From positions 1,798,001 to 1,862,000 of the forward strand of contig NEEC01000009.1 of assembly GCA_002189035.1 (NCBI GenBank): 64,000 bases of DNA. Reading direction: 5' to 3'. The stretch is from Utricularia gibba (Eukaryota; Plantae; Magnoliophyta). A program made the position numbers and the translations under genes. Positions 1-16,185 of the stretch are shown piece by piece. The notes below the pieces were generated by a model. It was not told where the DNA came from and did not search any database. It was given only the letters and a program-made list of their open reading frames with translations. Within the stretch, counting starts at the first letter, position 1, and every line of letters starts with the position of its first letter.

Positions 1-159
1 TGTAGAGTTGCTTATTTTTTAATATTTTATTATAAAAATAAAATTATAATTAATTGCAATATTTACGTTCATATACTTAAATAAATGATTGTATTTGTTT
101 TATTAAAATTATTGTGAAATTTTAAAAAAAATAATTAAATAATTGCTTGATCGGTTCAG

Positions 160-3027
160 AAACTGGGCTGGAGAGGACGATTCGATCATCGGCACGAATC
201 AAGGGAAAAGATGGCGACAAAATCCTGTACCAGTGCAGTTTCGATGTCCCGCGGAGTTTTGGGGAAGTGGGTGCAATCCTCGTCGAAAACCAGAATCGTC
301 AGGAGGTGTTCATTACCACCATCGTCTTGCAGGGCTTCGCCAATGGTGATATCGAGTTCACTTGTGATTCTTGGGTTCACTCCAAGTTCGAAAACCCCGA
401 GAAGAGGATCTTTTTCGCCAGCAAGGTGGGTGTGCATTTTCGTTAACGTCGATTATTGGGATAATTGAATTGGGAGTCGTCTTGCAGTCGTACTTGCCGA
501 GCGAAACTCCGAGTGGGCTGAGGCGACTCAGGGATAAGGACCTCAACAATCTCCGTGGAGATGGAAAAGGAGAGCGTAAGAAAGGTGACAGGATTTATGA
601 CTACGATGTGTACAATGATCTCGGAGAACCTGATACCAGCGATGAGTTGGCTCGTCCGGTTCTTGGTGGCGCGCAGCACCCTTATCCCCGTCGATGTAGA
701 ACCGGGAGGCCCAAAACTAAGGAAGGTTAGAAGAGTTTGTTGTAGATGACTATCGTTGCCTATCTGCCTATCACAACCCAGGTTCTGTTAAAAATGTTGC
801 AGATCCGTTGTCTGAAACAAGGAGCTTGTCCGTGTACATTCCTAGAGATGAAGCATTTTCGGAAGTAAAGCTAGCAACATTTGGGGCCAACTCACTGAAA
901 GGAGTCACACATTCTCTGGTTCCTTCGTTGAAGGCTTTTATTGTAGATGAAGACAAAGGGTTCCCCGATTTTACAGAGATAGACGCACTTTTCAAGCAAG
1001 GGACTGAACTTCCTACATCTAAGTTCAACGTTTCATTGAGAGATATGGTACCCAACATTCTTAAGGCTGCATCGGATGCAAAGAGAAGCATCCTGCGTTT
1101 CGAGGCCCCTGAACTAATTGAGAGTAAGTGACTCATCAAGAATTCTGAAACCTGTACAAACAAATGTATCACAATGTTACTCTGCAATGGTCTCTCAGGA
1201 GACGCTTTTTCCTGGATGAAAGATTCTGAATTTGCTAGACAAACGTTAGCTGGTGTCAATCCCTGCTGCATTAAGCTGCTAGAGGTGTGTTGTACATTCT
1301 CGTTTGGTCGTTTCTTCTTCTTGCAACTTTTGGTCTTACCGTGGAGATTAACCTTAGGAATGGCCAGTGAAGAGTAGGCTTGACCCTGCAGTCAATGGAC
1401 CAGCTGAATCTGCAATCACCAAAGAGATGGTGGAGAAAGAGATTGGAGGACACACAACCGTTGAAGAGGTGGGCACTGGCAACTGAAGCACAAGGATCGT
1501 GCATCCATCATAGTAACTTGATCTTTTGGTTGTGTGCAGGCTTTGAAACAAAAGAAGCTTTTTGTCTTGGATTACCATGATCTGCTATTGCCATATGTGC
1601 ACCAGGTAAGGGAGTTGAAGGGAAGAACTCTTTATGGCTCAAGGACATTGTTTTTCCTAACGCCTGAAGGGACATTGCAACCTCTAGCCATCGAGCTGAC
1701 TCGACCTCCCACAAATGGTAAGCCACTATGGAGGCAAGTATTTCAGCCTTCTGGGGATGCTACTTGCTTGTGGCTATGGGCGTTAGCCAAGGCTCATGTC
1801 TTGGCTCATGACTCCGGTTATCATCAGTTAGTGAGCCACTGGTAACTCGCTGTTATACTTCTACTGGAAAACAGAAACCATTCATCGTTCTTGTCTAAAG
1901 ATAGTTGTCTTCACAGGTTGAGAACTCACTGTTGCACAGAGCCTTACATCATAGCGGCCAACAGACAAATGAGTGCAATGCACCCAATCTATCGGCTGTT
2001 GCATCCTCACTTTCGATACACCATGGAAATCAATGCTCTGGCTCGTGAGGCCCTTATAAATGCCAGTGGGATTATCGAGTATTCCTTCTCTCCTGGAAAG
2101 TACTCCATGTTGCTGAGCTCTGTTGTTTATGATCAGCATTGGAGGTTCGACTTACAGGCTCTACCTGCAGACTTGATCAATAGGTATGCACATGCATTAA
2201 ACAAAAAAAATTGAACACTTGATAATGGAGTTCTGGAAAATTCTTCTCTAATGGTCACTCTTGCCAGGGGAATGGCGGTGAAAGATCCAAATGCACCCCA
2301 TGGTCTGAAAATGACGGTTGAAGACTACCCATATGCAAATGATGGGTTACTTCTCTGGGATGCAATCAAACAGTGGGTCACTGACTACGTCTCCTACTAC
2401 TATCCGGATTCAGCTACAGTGCAATCAGACACCGAGCTCCAAGCATGGTGGACAGAAATCCGGACCATCGGACATGGGGATAAGAAGAACGAGACATGGT
2501 GGCCATCACCATCCAACCCAGGTAACCTGATCGAAATACTAGTGACTATCATCTGGGTGGCTTCAGGGCACCACGCAGCTGTGAACTTTGGGCAATATGA
2601 GTACGGTGGTTACTTCCCAAATCGCCCCACAATCGCTAGAACGGAAATGCCGACAGAAGATGCGAGTGATGCTGAATTTAAGCAGTTTTTGGAGGATCCA
2701 GTGGGCTTCCTACTGAATTGCTTCCCCTCACAGCTTCAAGCCATGAAAGTCATATCCGTTTTAGATGTCCTATCGAGCCACTCCCCCGATGAGGAGTACA
2801 TAGGCGGGCAGATTCAACCCTCTTGGGCGGACAACCCGGCGATCAAGGCGGCGTTCCAGAAGTTCCAGAGCAATCTGAAGGAACTTGAGAGCACCATCGA
2901 TGCGAGGAATGCAAATTTGGAACTGAAGAACAGATCCGGCGCCGGCGTTGTGCCCTACGAGCTTCTCAAACCATATTCTCACGCCGGCGTGACCGGAAGC
3001 GGCGTCCCCAACAGCATCTCTATTTAG
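160..3027 (+). CDS. LOX2: Linoleate 13S-lipoxygenase (LOX2-like), 5' part upstream of the window. Exons about 160-425, 488-725, 803-1123, 1199-1284, 1358-1468, 1540-1841, 1917-2183, 2268-3027
   Basis: Spliced ORFs give LOX motifs: [42 protein letters not shown] and terminal VPNSISI. SF at the specificity site (EYSFSPGKY) is the 13-LOX type. GT-AG borders were found for every intron. Confidence 0.95.
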
Positions 3028-3520
3028 GTGGTGGGCCCACCAAATATTGTGTTTTTTTAATAAAAAGCATATTCTTATTCTGCTTTCTGTATAATGGGCT
3101 GCGGATCCGCAACTATTTAAGAGCCCATTAAGGTTCCAACAACGCAGGAGGATGGATTGGATATGATGTAGCGGTTATTTTACGACACTCGGTTTGTATC
3201 TCTTCCTCGATTGAATCTGCAAATTGGTATCGGTTTCTGATTGTTGTTGAAGCTCTGGTGTTTTTTTAGCTGCTATCGCGACGGCTTTTTGTTGATACGG
3301 AATCGGTATCAGCTTTTTGTTAACAAAAGAATGCAATTCGCATTCTTGATAATACCAAGATGATACCAGATCCACTGAAAAAGGTCAGCAATGTTATCTT
3401 TTAGCTGAAGTGAAGATCATCCGAGGATTGAATTCTTATTGGTCTCGCAGGCCACAGCGACCTTCTCATCCTCTCGGGCATGCTATAAACCTTGGAGGCT
3501 TCTAAAAGACAGGTTCCGCT

Positions 3521-5642
3521 TCAGGCCCTGTAAAACCATCGATGTTGACCCGAACTCCGCCATGGATTTTGAAACTAGAAAAACTCAGTGAGCGAGCTAC
3601 TTACTTGCCAATATACGATTTATCTGTTGTGTTGATGAAAATCTTGTCTCCTGCCGTGACATGGGCTGGGACCTGATATGTTATGCAACGAAGAAGCCGA
3701 TGAGGCCTTAACATCCATCTGAAGGAGAAGAGGGTGGAGGAGATGTTACCTGGACAATGATGCCATTATCCAGCAAAACCCTCTTATAACTGTGGATCAG
3801 GGAGAAAGCCATGATGATCGTCTGATCACATGCTAGAACTGTGTGTATCATACTCAGGGGATACAGATGGACTTACGGAGTCGGGCCGCTACCCTTGATC
3901 GTCTGAGCTGCTTCAGTAACAGTGCACGTCACTCGAGTTGGAATGGACACTGACAATGGCCTTTCATCGTATAGCTGGACAGTGACCTTCATGTCATCTG
4001 TTGAGGAGCACAGTTCAAACTCCATCCCAATTGGAATATGTGAAGGGTAGTATTTCCAATTTACTGAGCATGACCTTGTTCTAGCAAAAAGCATGACACA
4101 GAAGTCTAGAATCTTGCTCAAAACAGCAGAATGTGATAGCAAAACAGGCTATTCAATGACAAGGAAACATGTTTCGAATTCGAAGCTTTGCCTGTTACAC
4201 TTGTCTAATGCATAAACTTTTCTATTTTGGCATTTAGATGTCTTAGACATTCTTTCAACATGTTCTAGGCAAGGGAAAAGATAAATTCAGCATAAGGTAA
4301 TTACCCTGAAGAAATGCAATGGAGTCACCAAACAAGTGACTAGGAACTTCCAGCTGGTTATACGTATCAGGCCTGGAAAAGACACCATACAAAACCTTAT
4401 AGACAAGGTAAAGCGGTTCACAAAACAACTTCAGATAAACAACACAAATGGAAACACTCACTCCATTAACACAATGTTTCCAGTTTCGTCGTCGGTGTAA
4501 AGATATGAAAATGACTTCTCTCTAACATATATCTCTGCAAAGGAACACCATACACCCATCAGCATAAACTGCTTCCTTTTAAACATGATGTGTATGTATA
4601 GAAAGCCTCTTTAGTTAACACAACACCAATGCTTTCTTTTTTCTTACTTTCTACAGGCTCATCGGTACGCAACCTCTCATTGACTTTGCTTCCGTTATCG
4701 ACATCCCGCAGCTCCACCTATTATAGTTTAAGATAAGAGAAGATTATTCAAATTTAAACTCTTTCTCATTTCTGATACACACCCAGAATTCGAATTCGAA
4801 AGCTTTAAAAGCATACTCTACAAATGCTGAACCACAGAGGATGCAAGCATAACACAAATGATCAAAACATGTGTACTCAATATCAAGTAAACCAATCAGC
4901 TGAGTTAATGAAGATCACCTGTATGATAGCTCCTCCTCTTCCTTGAGTGGTATGCTGAGCTTTTACAACCTATTATGATAAGGTCATGCGCAGTCACAAC
5001 TTTGAGACTGGTTAGTTGAACACAGAAATGCTACTGCAAACCTTTGAGCTGTACATTTGTGTACCTCAAAGAGCTTCCCTGCATATCAGAAAGGATCCAT
5101 CCAGCAGCAAGTGTCAAGATTTCCAGTGGTTTGGAAATTAATCATATTCAGAAACTGCTCTGAAAACATACCTCTTCTTTCAATGACATTTCCAGGTCTT
5201 ACCTGGGCAACAAAAAAATCCAGGAAAATCAAAAGGTAAATTAAGTACATGGATGATTATAAATCCCTGGCACCTCATGATCTAATGAGCATAATATTAG
5301 CGCATAGATAGCATCTGAAGAGTTCAAGTACTACTTTGAGGTAAAGTGAGGAATTTTCACGATTGAGTTCGGTTAATCGGGAAAAAAAAAAAGAAATCAG
5401 ACATGAATAGGTAATCAGTTTTCGGGCCAAGGGGAGACGTATACATCACCACCGGTGAATCGGGCGTAGCGGAGCTGCATGGTTGACCATGAAGGGTAGC
5501 TGAAGCTTCCCCCAGCCAAATGGTGCGGTCCATCAGGGTTTCTGTCTGTTAGAGAAGTTTGACAACCGTGGCGGATTGTGGATGAAGCGCCGCCGATGTA
5601 GGAACGGAGAATCGCCGGAAAGCGTTTACTGAGAAGTCGCAT
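3521..5642 (-). CDS. Organellar (probably mitochondrial) elongation factor P family protein, multi-exon
   Basis: Reconstructed exons read MRLLSKRF...GGDV|RPGNVIERRG|KLFE|VVKAQHTTQGRGGAIIQ|VELRDVDNGSKVNERLRTDE...|DDMKVTVQLYDERPLSVSIPTRVTCTV...|YKRVLLDNGIIVQ|VPAHVTAGDKIFINTTDKSYIG. This is the EF-P domain layout behind an Arg/Ser-rich targeting peptide. Confidence 0.88.
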
Positions 5643-6130
5643 TTTGTCGCCGTCGCGATAATCTGGTCACCGATTACAGAGAAATTTGCAGGCAGATGTA
5701 TTTCCGAAACGCGTTCAATATCCAGACGAGGGAACGTGCCGGCCCTGAAAGGTCCGGCTCTAAAAGGCACGGCCCGTAGTGCCGGCCAGTGGCCCCTCGA
5801 GCCTACAAATAACACATTTTTTCACGGCCTGTGTAACTCAGAGGTCCGGCGGGCTCAGGCTGGGCTTGAACAGGTGCTGCCCCGTACCCATATCTCGGGC
5901 GTTTAGATTAGGATTTCCGTGTGCATAGATTTGCAGACGACCGGAGAAGTCCACGGTGGAAGAAAGAGACGCTTATCTCAACAGGAAAGGGAGGCTAGTG
6001 ATGAATAAACACAAACACACTGAATATCTCAAGGAACACCAACAGACAGGAGACTCTGTAGTTCATATGCCACACTCCATATATATTTCATACCCAGGTG
6101 AATGAACTCTGCAACACTCGGTGTGCTGCA

Positions 6131-8191
<2,061 letters not shown>

Positions 8192-8716
8192 TCTCCTTTC
8201 TTCCCCCCACCGATTCCCGACTTTGGTCGAATGAAATGGAGGGCCTCTGCAGCCCAACCACCGCTACAATTGATTGGTGACAGAAAAGGATCCCGGAGCG
8301 ACTTCCTCATTTTCTCTGTAACAATCAATCAACGGATCGATGCAGACGTCCACCGGAACCCGGTGGGGGCGATGTAGAGGATAACTGGTTAGGCAGACTC
8401 CCGTCTGTTTTCTCCATGGGCCCATCACTTCCTTTGTTGACGAAGTCAACTTCTTCTATTCCATTATTGCCCTCAACCCTTGTACAAATAATTTCCAAGC
8501 TTCAATAATTAATATAAATTAATCCACCTGCTTTACTAATTTAGTTTATATTTTTAATATATTTACCTAAAAAATCGGAATAATCATATTTTATTATTTT
8601 GCTGGAATTCTTGACCATCCAAAAATGGTGGATTATCATCCAGCCACAAAGTCCAAGGTCTGTCTTTTGAAAAAGCAATCCCACTTTGAGCACAATGTCG
8701 GATGTTCATTCCAAGC

Positions 8717-10498
8717 ATGGAGGTCTGGTTCCCATTAGCTCTTGTTACACTTTTTGCAATTCTCATCTTTGCTCTACAGAGGACAAGAAGATCCAGAAAC
8801 AAGGCTTTGAATCTCCCTCCAGGTAGCTATGGATGGCCTCTGGTGGGAGAATCACTTGATTTTTTTGCAGCTGGAATTGAGGGTGTGCCCGAGAGATTCA
8901 CAGCGTCGAGAGTGGAGAAATACAATTCTGCAGTGTTCAAAACTAGCCTGTTGGGAGAGAAGATGATTGTGCTCTGTGGAGCAGCAGGCAATAAGTTTTT
9001 GTTCAGCAATGAAAATAAGCTTGTCACTCTTTGGTGGCCTCCTTCTGTGAGGAAGCTGCTTGGGCCATGCTTGTCAACAACCCTGGAGAAGAAGGAAAAC
9101 AGATGAGGAAGTTGATGTCTTCTTTTTTGAATCCTGAAAAATTTACAAGGCTTTATGTTACAACTATGGATTTGGTTACTCAGCAGCATGTAAAGCGCCA
9201 CTGGGAAGGTATCAATTTCAAAACTTTCACTCCCATTTTCATTGTGCAACTTTTATAAGAGTCAGCTGTCACTGTATCTCCTTAGTTGTATATTGAGAAG
9301 GAGTGTGTGAGGTGTTTGCAACTGCTTAACTTCATTTGCATATCTTCAATGAACTTCCATGATTGGAAAGGTGAACGATACTGTAGCATGATATCTGTGT
9401 AGGTAAAGATGAAGTGGTAATGTTTCCAACAGCCAAATTGTACACATTTGAATTGGTATGCCGCCTGTTCATGAGCATGGAGGATTCAGAGCAGATATCA
9501 AAGTTTGGTGATTTGTTCGAAACCTTCATGAAAGGGGTGATTTCTCTTCCCTTCAGCTTCCCTGGAACAAGATTCTACAATGCAAACAAAGCTGCGGATC
9601 TTATAAGAAAACAACTTGGAAGTCTGATCAGAGAAAGAAAAGCAGCTTTGGAAAAACAGCAGAGTGATGCTGCTCCTCAGGATCTTCTGACTCATTTGCT
9701 CGTTACACCGGACGAAACTGGAAAGTTTATGCCTGAATCGATCATCATAAACAACTTGCTGCTGTTGCTGTTCGCTGGTCATGATACATCCAGCTCCACA
9801 ATAACCATGATGATGAAGTACCTTTCAGAGCTTCCTGAGGTCTATGAAGGTGTACTGAAAGGTGAGATTCTTGTTGAATTTTCAACATGTTTTAACGTGC
9901 GGATGTTGTTCACTGCTGGCTTCCTGTGTGCGTATCATACGAACAGAACAACTGGAAATTGCGAGGGGTAAAGAAGCCGATGATTTCCTCAGATGGGAAG
10001 ACATACAAAAGATGAGATACTCATGGAATGTGGTTTCTGAAGTGATCAGACTGGCACCTCCTGTTATAGGCGCTTTTCGAGAGGCATTGACTGATATCAC
10101 CTATGCCGGATACAACATTCCCAAGGGGTGGAAGGTAGTTCATCCTCGCAGAAAACATGGGGTTCATCAACAATAAAACACTGACCTTGACTGTCAAAAT
10201 GCAGATTACCTGGAGCTCAGCCTTCACACACAGAGATCCTAACTTGTTCCCGGACTGCAACCAGCTTGATCCATCGAGATATGAAGGATCAGGGCCAGTC
10301 CCATATTCATATGTGGCGTTTGGAGGAGGCCCACGGATGTGTCTAGGAAAGGAGTTTGCTCGCTTGGAGATACTCATATTTCTTCACAATATCATCAAAA
10401 GGTTCAGGTGGAAGCTGAAGATACCAGATGAGAAGGTAGTTTATGATCCTATGCCAACTCCAGTTGAGGGGCTTCCTCTCCAGCTTCAGTCATATTGA
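8717..10498 (+). pseudogene. CYP716: Cytochrome P450 of the CYP716 family (triterpenoid oxidase-like) with a 1-nt frameshift at about 9081-9084 (pseudogene or sequence error). Exons about 8717-9208, 9403-9861, 9947-10134, 10205-10498
   Basis: N-terminal anchor, LPPGSYGWPLVGES, GAAGNKFLFSNENKLV, I-helix FAGHDTS, EVIR (ExxR), heme motif FGGGPRMCLG. The exon 1 frame stops at 9106 while the homologous GEEGKQMRK continues in another frame. Confidence 0.85.
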
Positions 10499-11067
10499 AC
10501 TCATAGCATCCACCAGTGACAGCACCTTCGAATAGTGTAATAAATGTTCAGAAAATTACCATAGTTTTACATTGCAGTAAAGGAAACCCAAGAATGATGA
10601 GGTCCTATTTGTTGTAGTCACAACGACGTGCTTTTACTGTACTGAAGCAAACCGACAAAAAGATACAATCAAAAGCTCAGTTAAGGATGCACTCATGCAT
10701 CTGGTGCTAAGGACCCTTGAACTGCCTGCACTAAAGGAGGGCCAACCGTGGACCATTCCTTTGAGAGCATTGGATCGACCATGAATGGGAACGATAGAAG
10801 TATTCAATGGCCATGAATTAATCAACTAAAGGATAATATCACATAATGCTGCAGGAAGAAAGTAAAACATACATGGAGGACCTGAATTCAAGGCTTGCAA
10901 TAACTCAACTCATTTCTTCCTAATTTATCAGTTTCCCTCTAACTTATCATCATCATCATCATCCCTTTCCTCTCTAGATGCTGATATCTACTGCATCACA
11001 ACTCCTGAGTAATGAACCAAGAAAATGACAGACTTGCAAGAAATACTGAAAATCTCAGCATTCTGCT

Positions 11068-12130
11068 CTATGTGACCTTTTCTATAGTTGCTGCTGCATC
11101 CACAACCTTGGTTCTCATTTCAATAACCTTCTTGTGGGAGTTGGAGTGCAGAGATGGGACAAATGTTGGGCTAGCAGCAGGGCGGTATTCAGGGAATAAC
11201 CGGCCAGACTTGTACCGAACACCACAAGCATTGCAAAGTGTTTTTGGGCCCATAGGACCTGTGCGCCATTGGGGAGTTTTGGTGATCTCACAATGCAGGC
11301 ACTTCTTAATCGTCTGAACCTCTTTTGGGGCAGGTGGTGGAGTCATCTTGAGTTTCCTTTTCTTCTGAGATTCAGGTGCATTTGCTTTCATCATCTCCTC
11401 CTCCACAGCAAAATTCTCACTTTCTGAAGGAACAGCAACAAAAGATGTAGGGGTTTCAATGAGCTGAATCCCAGCTCTTGGGTTGAAAGTTGGCGGCCGA
11501 GGCCGCTTACTTCTTGTACGCTGGTAGTTCGAGCTGAGAGGTGGTATGCTTTTCCCTCCAGTTAACGAACTGCTGCTACTGCTGCTGCTCTCTAACACTG
11601 AGACAGGACTACAAGATTGGAAATGCTCAGGTGAAGTCTCCTTCTTGGTTAACAAGTTCTCTTTTCCAATGGTCATCCCCCAAATGAAAATGAGTCCTCA
11701 ACAAAAGTCGACAGCCATTCCAGCTGCACGATATCCTCATACTACACAGAGATGAACCAACTAAAATCAGTTGCATGAAATTTACAAATAGAGCAACAAA
11801 CTACACAGTAAAAAATGCCGCATGTTCTGAGATGGATGATTTTCAAGAACGTAAGTTTAAAGATGAATACAGCATTACAAAAAAAAGCTTGAAAAGGCTC
11901 ACAGGGACGGAGAGCTTGGCTAAGAGGTCATCGGTGTGGCTTCCAGAATAAAGGTTGTCGGCTTCGGGGAATGCAGCACTGCAGATGCTTGTAATGTCTT
12001 TTGAATCACTAGAACCAACCATGTAACCAGCAGCAGCACCACACTCAACATCAGCAGGGAACTTCATCAAATCATCAATAGGATCGAAGAGGTTTCCACA
12101 ATCAATCTCATCAATGAAACTTTGAGCCAT
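11068..12130 (-). CDS. Class A GATA zinc-finger transcription factor (GATA8-like). Exons 11903-12130 and 11068-11741
   Basis: [47 protein letters not shown]...HSNSHKKV, plus the class A LSVP|[19 protein letters not shown] motif across the intron. Confidence 0.93.
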
Positions 12131-13693
12131 TGCCTAGAAGAATAAGTCACTGAGAATAGATAAAACATTGATAACATTAAGGAACTGAGTAATGTTATAC
12201 AGCTGTGGGTATAAAGCTAAAATGCTATGCTATTCCAAGAGGACACGGGGACTCTGAATTAGCTTAAATGAAAGCAAGCAGTCGGACGTGTCCATGCACT
12301 GCCGTTAAGCAAGATGGTTGTGTGGGGGTTCACATTGTAGCGTTAGATGCTATGAAATATTATTAGCAGAAAGCGACTTCTGTGAGATTCTTGCAGCAAA
12401 TTAGTTGACGAAAAGACAAAAAAACTCAAATAGAATGACCAAATGCCTAACATCACACGCTACCGACAGCCAAGAAATTCAAACTCCCAGAGGAAATAAT
12501 AGACGATTGAAGAAAAGCAGCTGTAAAATCCGATGAAATGATGCAGAAACCTGAAGAAAATTAAACACCTTCAACCCCTGAACAATGGCAAGAGAAAAAA
12601 AGGTGTCGGTATTGTCACCTCTTTCCATCCGTTTTCCCCTCAGCGACGATGGAAAAAAATCTCAAATATGACTCATGGACGCAAGCAGGAAAGGAAGAAA
12701 ACCCAATTTACCATTTCTGCTACCAGCATCACCGAAGTCGTCAAAAGTCAAGATAAAGAGAAAAGAAAAAAAAAAGCAAAGAATTTGAAGTTCAGTCATG
12801 AGTACCCCGGATAACACGCCGTGAACTGGGAACAAAGAAGGCTTTTTTCTTGCACAAAATCAAGAAAAATAAAAAGGGGACAGAGCACATGCAAAGGCTA
12901 ACCTGTTTTCAAATTCAAAACCCCCGACCCAAATGAGCAATCTTCTCCAGTCTCGAGTGAAACGAGCCGGAAAGAAAGGATAATGGCGCACCAAAAGTCC
13001 GAAACACACCCTCAAACAGGACAAAAAGAGTGAAGAAACAAAACAAGAGAAGCCACCAAACTAAAGGATTCTCTCCTCCGCCTTCTCACGGAGAGCTGAG
13101 TTCCTCCTATGCTTCTACTTCACTCGACGCGAAAAGGGGTCCTGAAAAAGAATCAAAAAAGAGCAAATGGTACGTGAAATTGTGGTTTCATTGCAAGCTG
13201 TCCGTCCCCCTCTCCGATCAGTCTCAAAGGTTCACAGTCTTGATGTTAAAGTCTCCTTCTTGACCCCCACTTCACACCCGCCTGCCCCACACGAACTAGA
13301 GAATACAATACCATACAAAATGCGAATACGCGTATGAAGTTGCTGTCGCTCATCCCCATCACGCTACCATGGAATTTGGAAATGGAACAAACAAGTTTGA
13401 CCCAACTTTCCAAGTTTTAGGTAAATTTGTTGGGCAACTAAAGAGTCACACACCAGTTGATGCTTTTAGAAGAAACAAACAGTTGCTCTTTCCTCCCATT
13501 TTTATTACAGCATCATGTTTCTAACCATAAAAAACTACTATTACATCATATTTGTTTAGTAATTTCTTGCATGCATGTGATTTGACAATAATGCCCTTGC
13601 ATGTGTCTTGAATGAGAAATGATTCTGTGGGGTCAGTCTTTTTGCGGCGCAGTGGGACCCACTCGTCGGTGCCGTGATACCCGTTGAATCCTC

Positions 13694-13771
13694 CACGTGG
13701 CAGGAATCGTGTTTCAGGTTCATTGCATCGTGGTTCCAGCTCACCTCCGTCGTGGAGACAGCTGTCACGTG
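13694..13771. promoter_or_regulatory. Two G-boxes (CACGTG) in a GC-rich island upstream of the GATA gene
   Basis: CACGTG at 13694-13699 and 13766-13771. Function is inferred only. Confidence 0.3.
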
Positions 13772-16185
13772 GCTTCTCTACCACACATTTTTGAATTCTT
13801 TCAAACTTCCCCAGCGGGCGCTGCCGACGGACGCTGTGTCGGTGCCCCGTGACGCTTGGTTTTGCTTCTGCACCAGGCCTACGATATGGGGAGCTGAGCC
13901 GGTCCCTGGGTCAATTTTGGAAGATAGACTGTCACCAATCAACGCATGCCTGGCAGTATGACACAGAAAGAAGGTAGTTGCAGAACAACATGGAGCGGAG
14001 ATGCAACCATTTCAACTAAAAAAACGGTTTTAGAATATAATCATTTGTTCGTACGGATGATCTCATTTTGCTAGAATACCCTCGTACTCTTGTGTTCCGA
14101 AACTCTCCATGGGAATGAACCATTCGTGAGTTGTGTATATCAACAACTTTCCTGTCATCGGATGGTCTCCCTTGTTTCATAATGCGGCGGCTCCGGCTTC
14201 CCACAAGGCAGGAGAAGGAATGTGGAGCTGGGGGCTTCCTGGTTCAGAGTTATAACATGTGTGTTGTGGGGCATTTCCTGTTGGTCTTTGGCTGCCGGGT
14301 TCCGACTGGAGGCAGATTGCTGTAGTTGCTGCTGGTTATTCTTGGGTGACTCGGGCCAGATGGGACTCCGTTTCTGGTGTCTTAGGACGAGATGAATGCG
14401 CTTCTGGAGGTGGGTTCCGACACTTTCCCCCATGCTTGTCTGTGAAGCTCTTCACCTAGGCCTGAAAGAGACATACTTTCACAGGTTCAAAGCCAATCCT
14501 GCAACCAATCTTCCCAGTCCAAAGCCACAGCAATTAAATAGCATGTGGTCATTCAACTTTTTGTTTTCGTCATCACATGGAGGTAAATCATACATCTTAT
14601 GATTCCTATAACCTTCACAGTTAAAGTCCACATAGCAAATTATAAAAAGACTATGCAGATTTTAACCTGGATTTTTCAGTATGGGAAATATGCACATTAT
14701 AATATACAGGTAAACTTACCCTTGAGCGCTGGAATAGAGAAAGAGTCATGACATAAACCAGAGCCGCATTTGTTTTTCTTTCTTCACCCAACATAAATCC
14801 TCGCATCAACGAAATGCTCACCAACTCAACAGGAGATAGGATGCAAAGTAAACAAGATGGAAGTTAAAAGTAGGACCCCGAGGAGATCTTTTCCCCGTCT
14901 GGAAGCTGATTCAACGCATCCAAAGTACTCTACTGTGCATTTCTTTTCCCCTGCTCAAATTCTGACTCATTCCTGGAAACAAAGTCACCCTCAACCGTTT
15001 CGTTTGAACCTCGGCCAGCTTTGGATTGGTTTTCATGGCTCCGAGATAATTTTTTTTTTCTTTCCACTGACGTGCACTCCTCCCATTTTCTTCACCCTTG
15101 ACTTCTTCAGTGTACTACATCCTCCCGGAACAAATTATTTCAGTCACATCCACAGTATCAATTCTCATCCTCCTATCATCATAAACCATCTTAACTACAC
15201 AAATTCTAAGAAATCAGGAACCCTTGAAAAGTATGCAAGAAATTGAAAAAGGGGAATTTTTTTTACGCAGGGTTTAATCAATATCATTAAGTCTCCAACC
15301 AAAAGAACCATTCAGAACTCTAAAGCAGAGTTCATCGAATACCAAACAACCCGTTACGGAATCAGATAACAGAATCCAGTGACAGCATTTCCACGGTAAT
15401 CGCAAACCCTTTCCTAGGCCAAATTTCAAATCCAATCCCTAACCAAATAACAATCGCAAGTACCTTGTTTGCTGAAACCCCAAGTTCTTCTTCCCTGGGT
15501 ACATTCGGCAGCACCCTAGAAAACCACACGAGACTTCATTCATGGGGAACTCGAGTTGAAGAGCAATAGCGTCACTACATATATAAATATTAATATATTA
15601 TAATAAATAAAGAAAATTAAAATTAAATTGACTAAAAATTTGATAAGCGTGATTAAATAATTATACAAATTGTATGTAAGAGAAATACGTCTCAGCCCTG
15701 CGAGTGCTTCGAACTCCGAGCCCTGACGGTGGCTGAAAAATGGAGATCGAATCGTGGTAACGCGATTATTCTTTAACTCGAGTTCTGTAAGAATCCATTT
15801 TCGATTTGCGTTGTACCCGGACAAGAGAGTCTTCCTATTTCAGCACATAAGGTGCGTGTGTTTTTTTAATTGCAATGAAATTGGATTTGAATTTGGGTTT
15901 AGAACGGTTGTACATTCTCTTTTGAAATGCTGTGATCGGATTTGATAATAAGGGGTTGTTTAATCTCTGTTTTAGAGGTCTTTGGTTGAAGACTAATTAA
16001 AGCATATTTATTGATAAGTCCCTATAGTGAGCTTTGCGTTTTTTCAATTTCTCGCATACTTCTCAACAGTGTGATTTGTGGTATGAGATGAGGTGAGCAA
16101 GAGAGGCTTTCCCTTTTTGTGGTGTTGGCAAGTTCAGATCTTGAGATTTCTGCCATGAACTGAGCAGCAAGGAAAAGAGGGAAGA

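Noticed and set aside
3093-3129. Short hairpin/palindrome (AATGGGCT...AGCCCATT, GCGGATCCGC) in the LOX 3' region
   Set aside because: The stem is too short for a miRNA precursor or MITE; probably chance.
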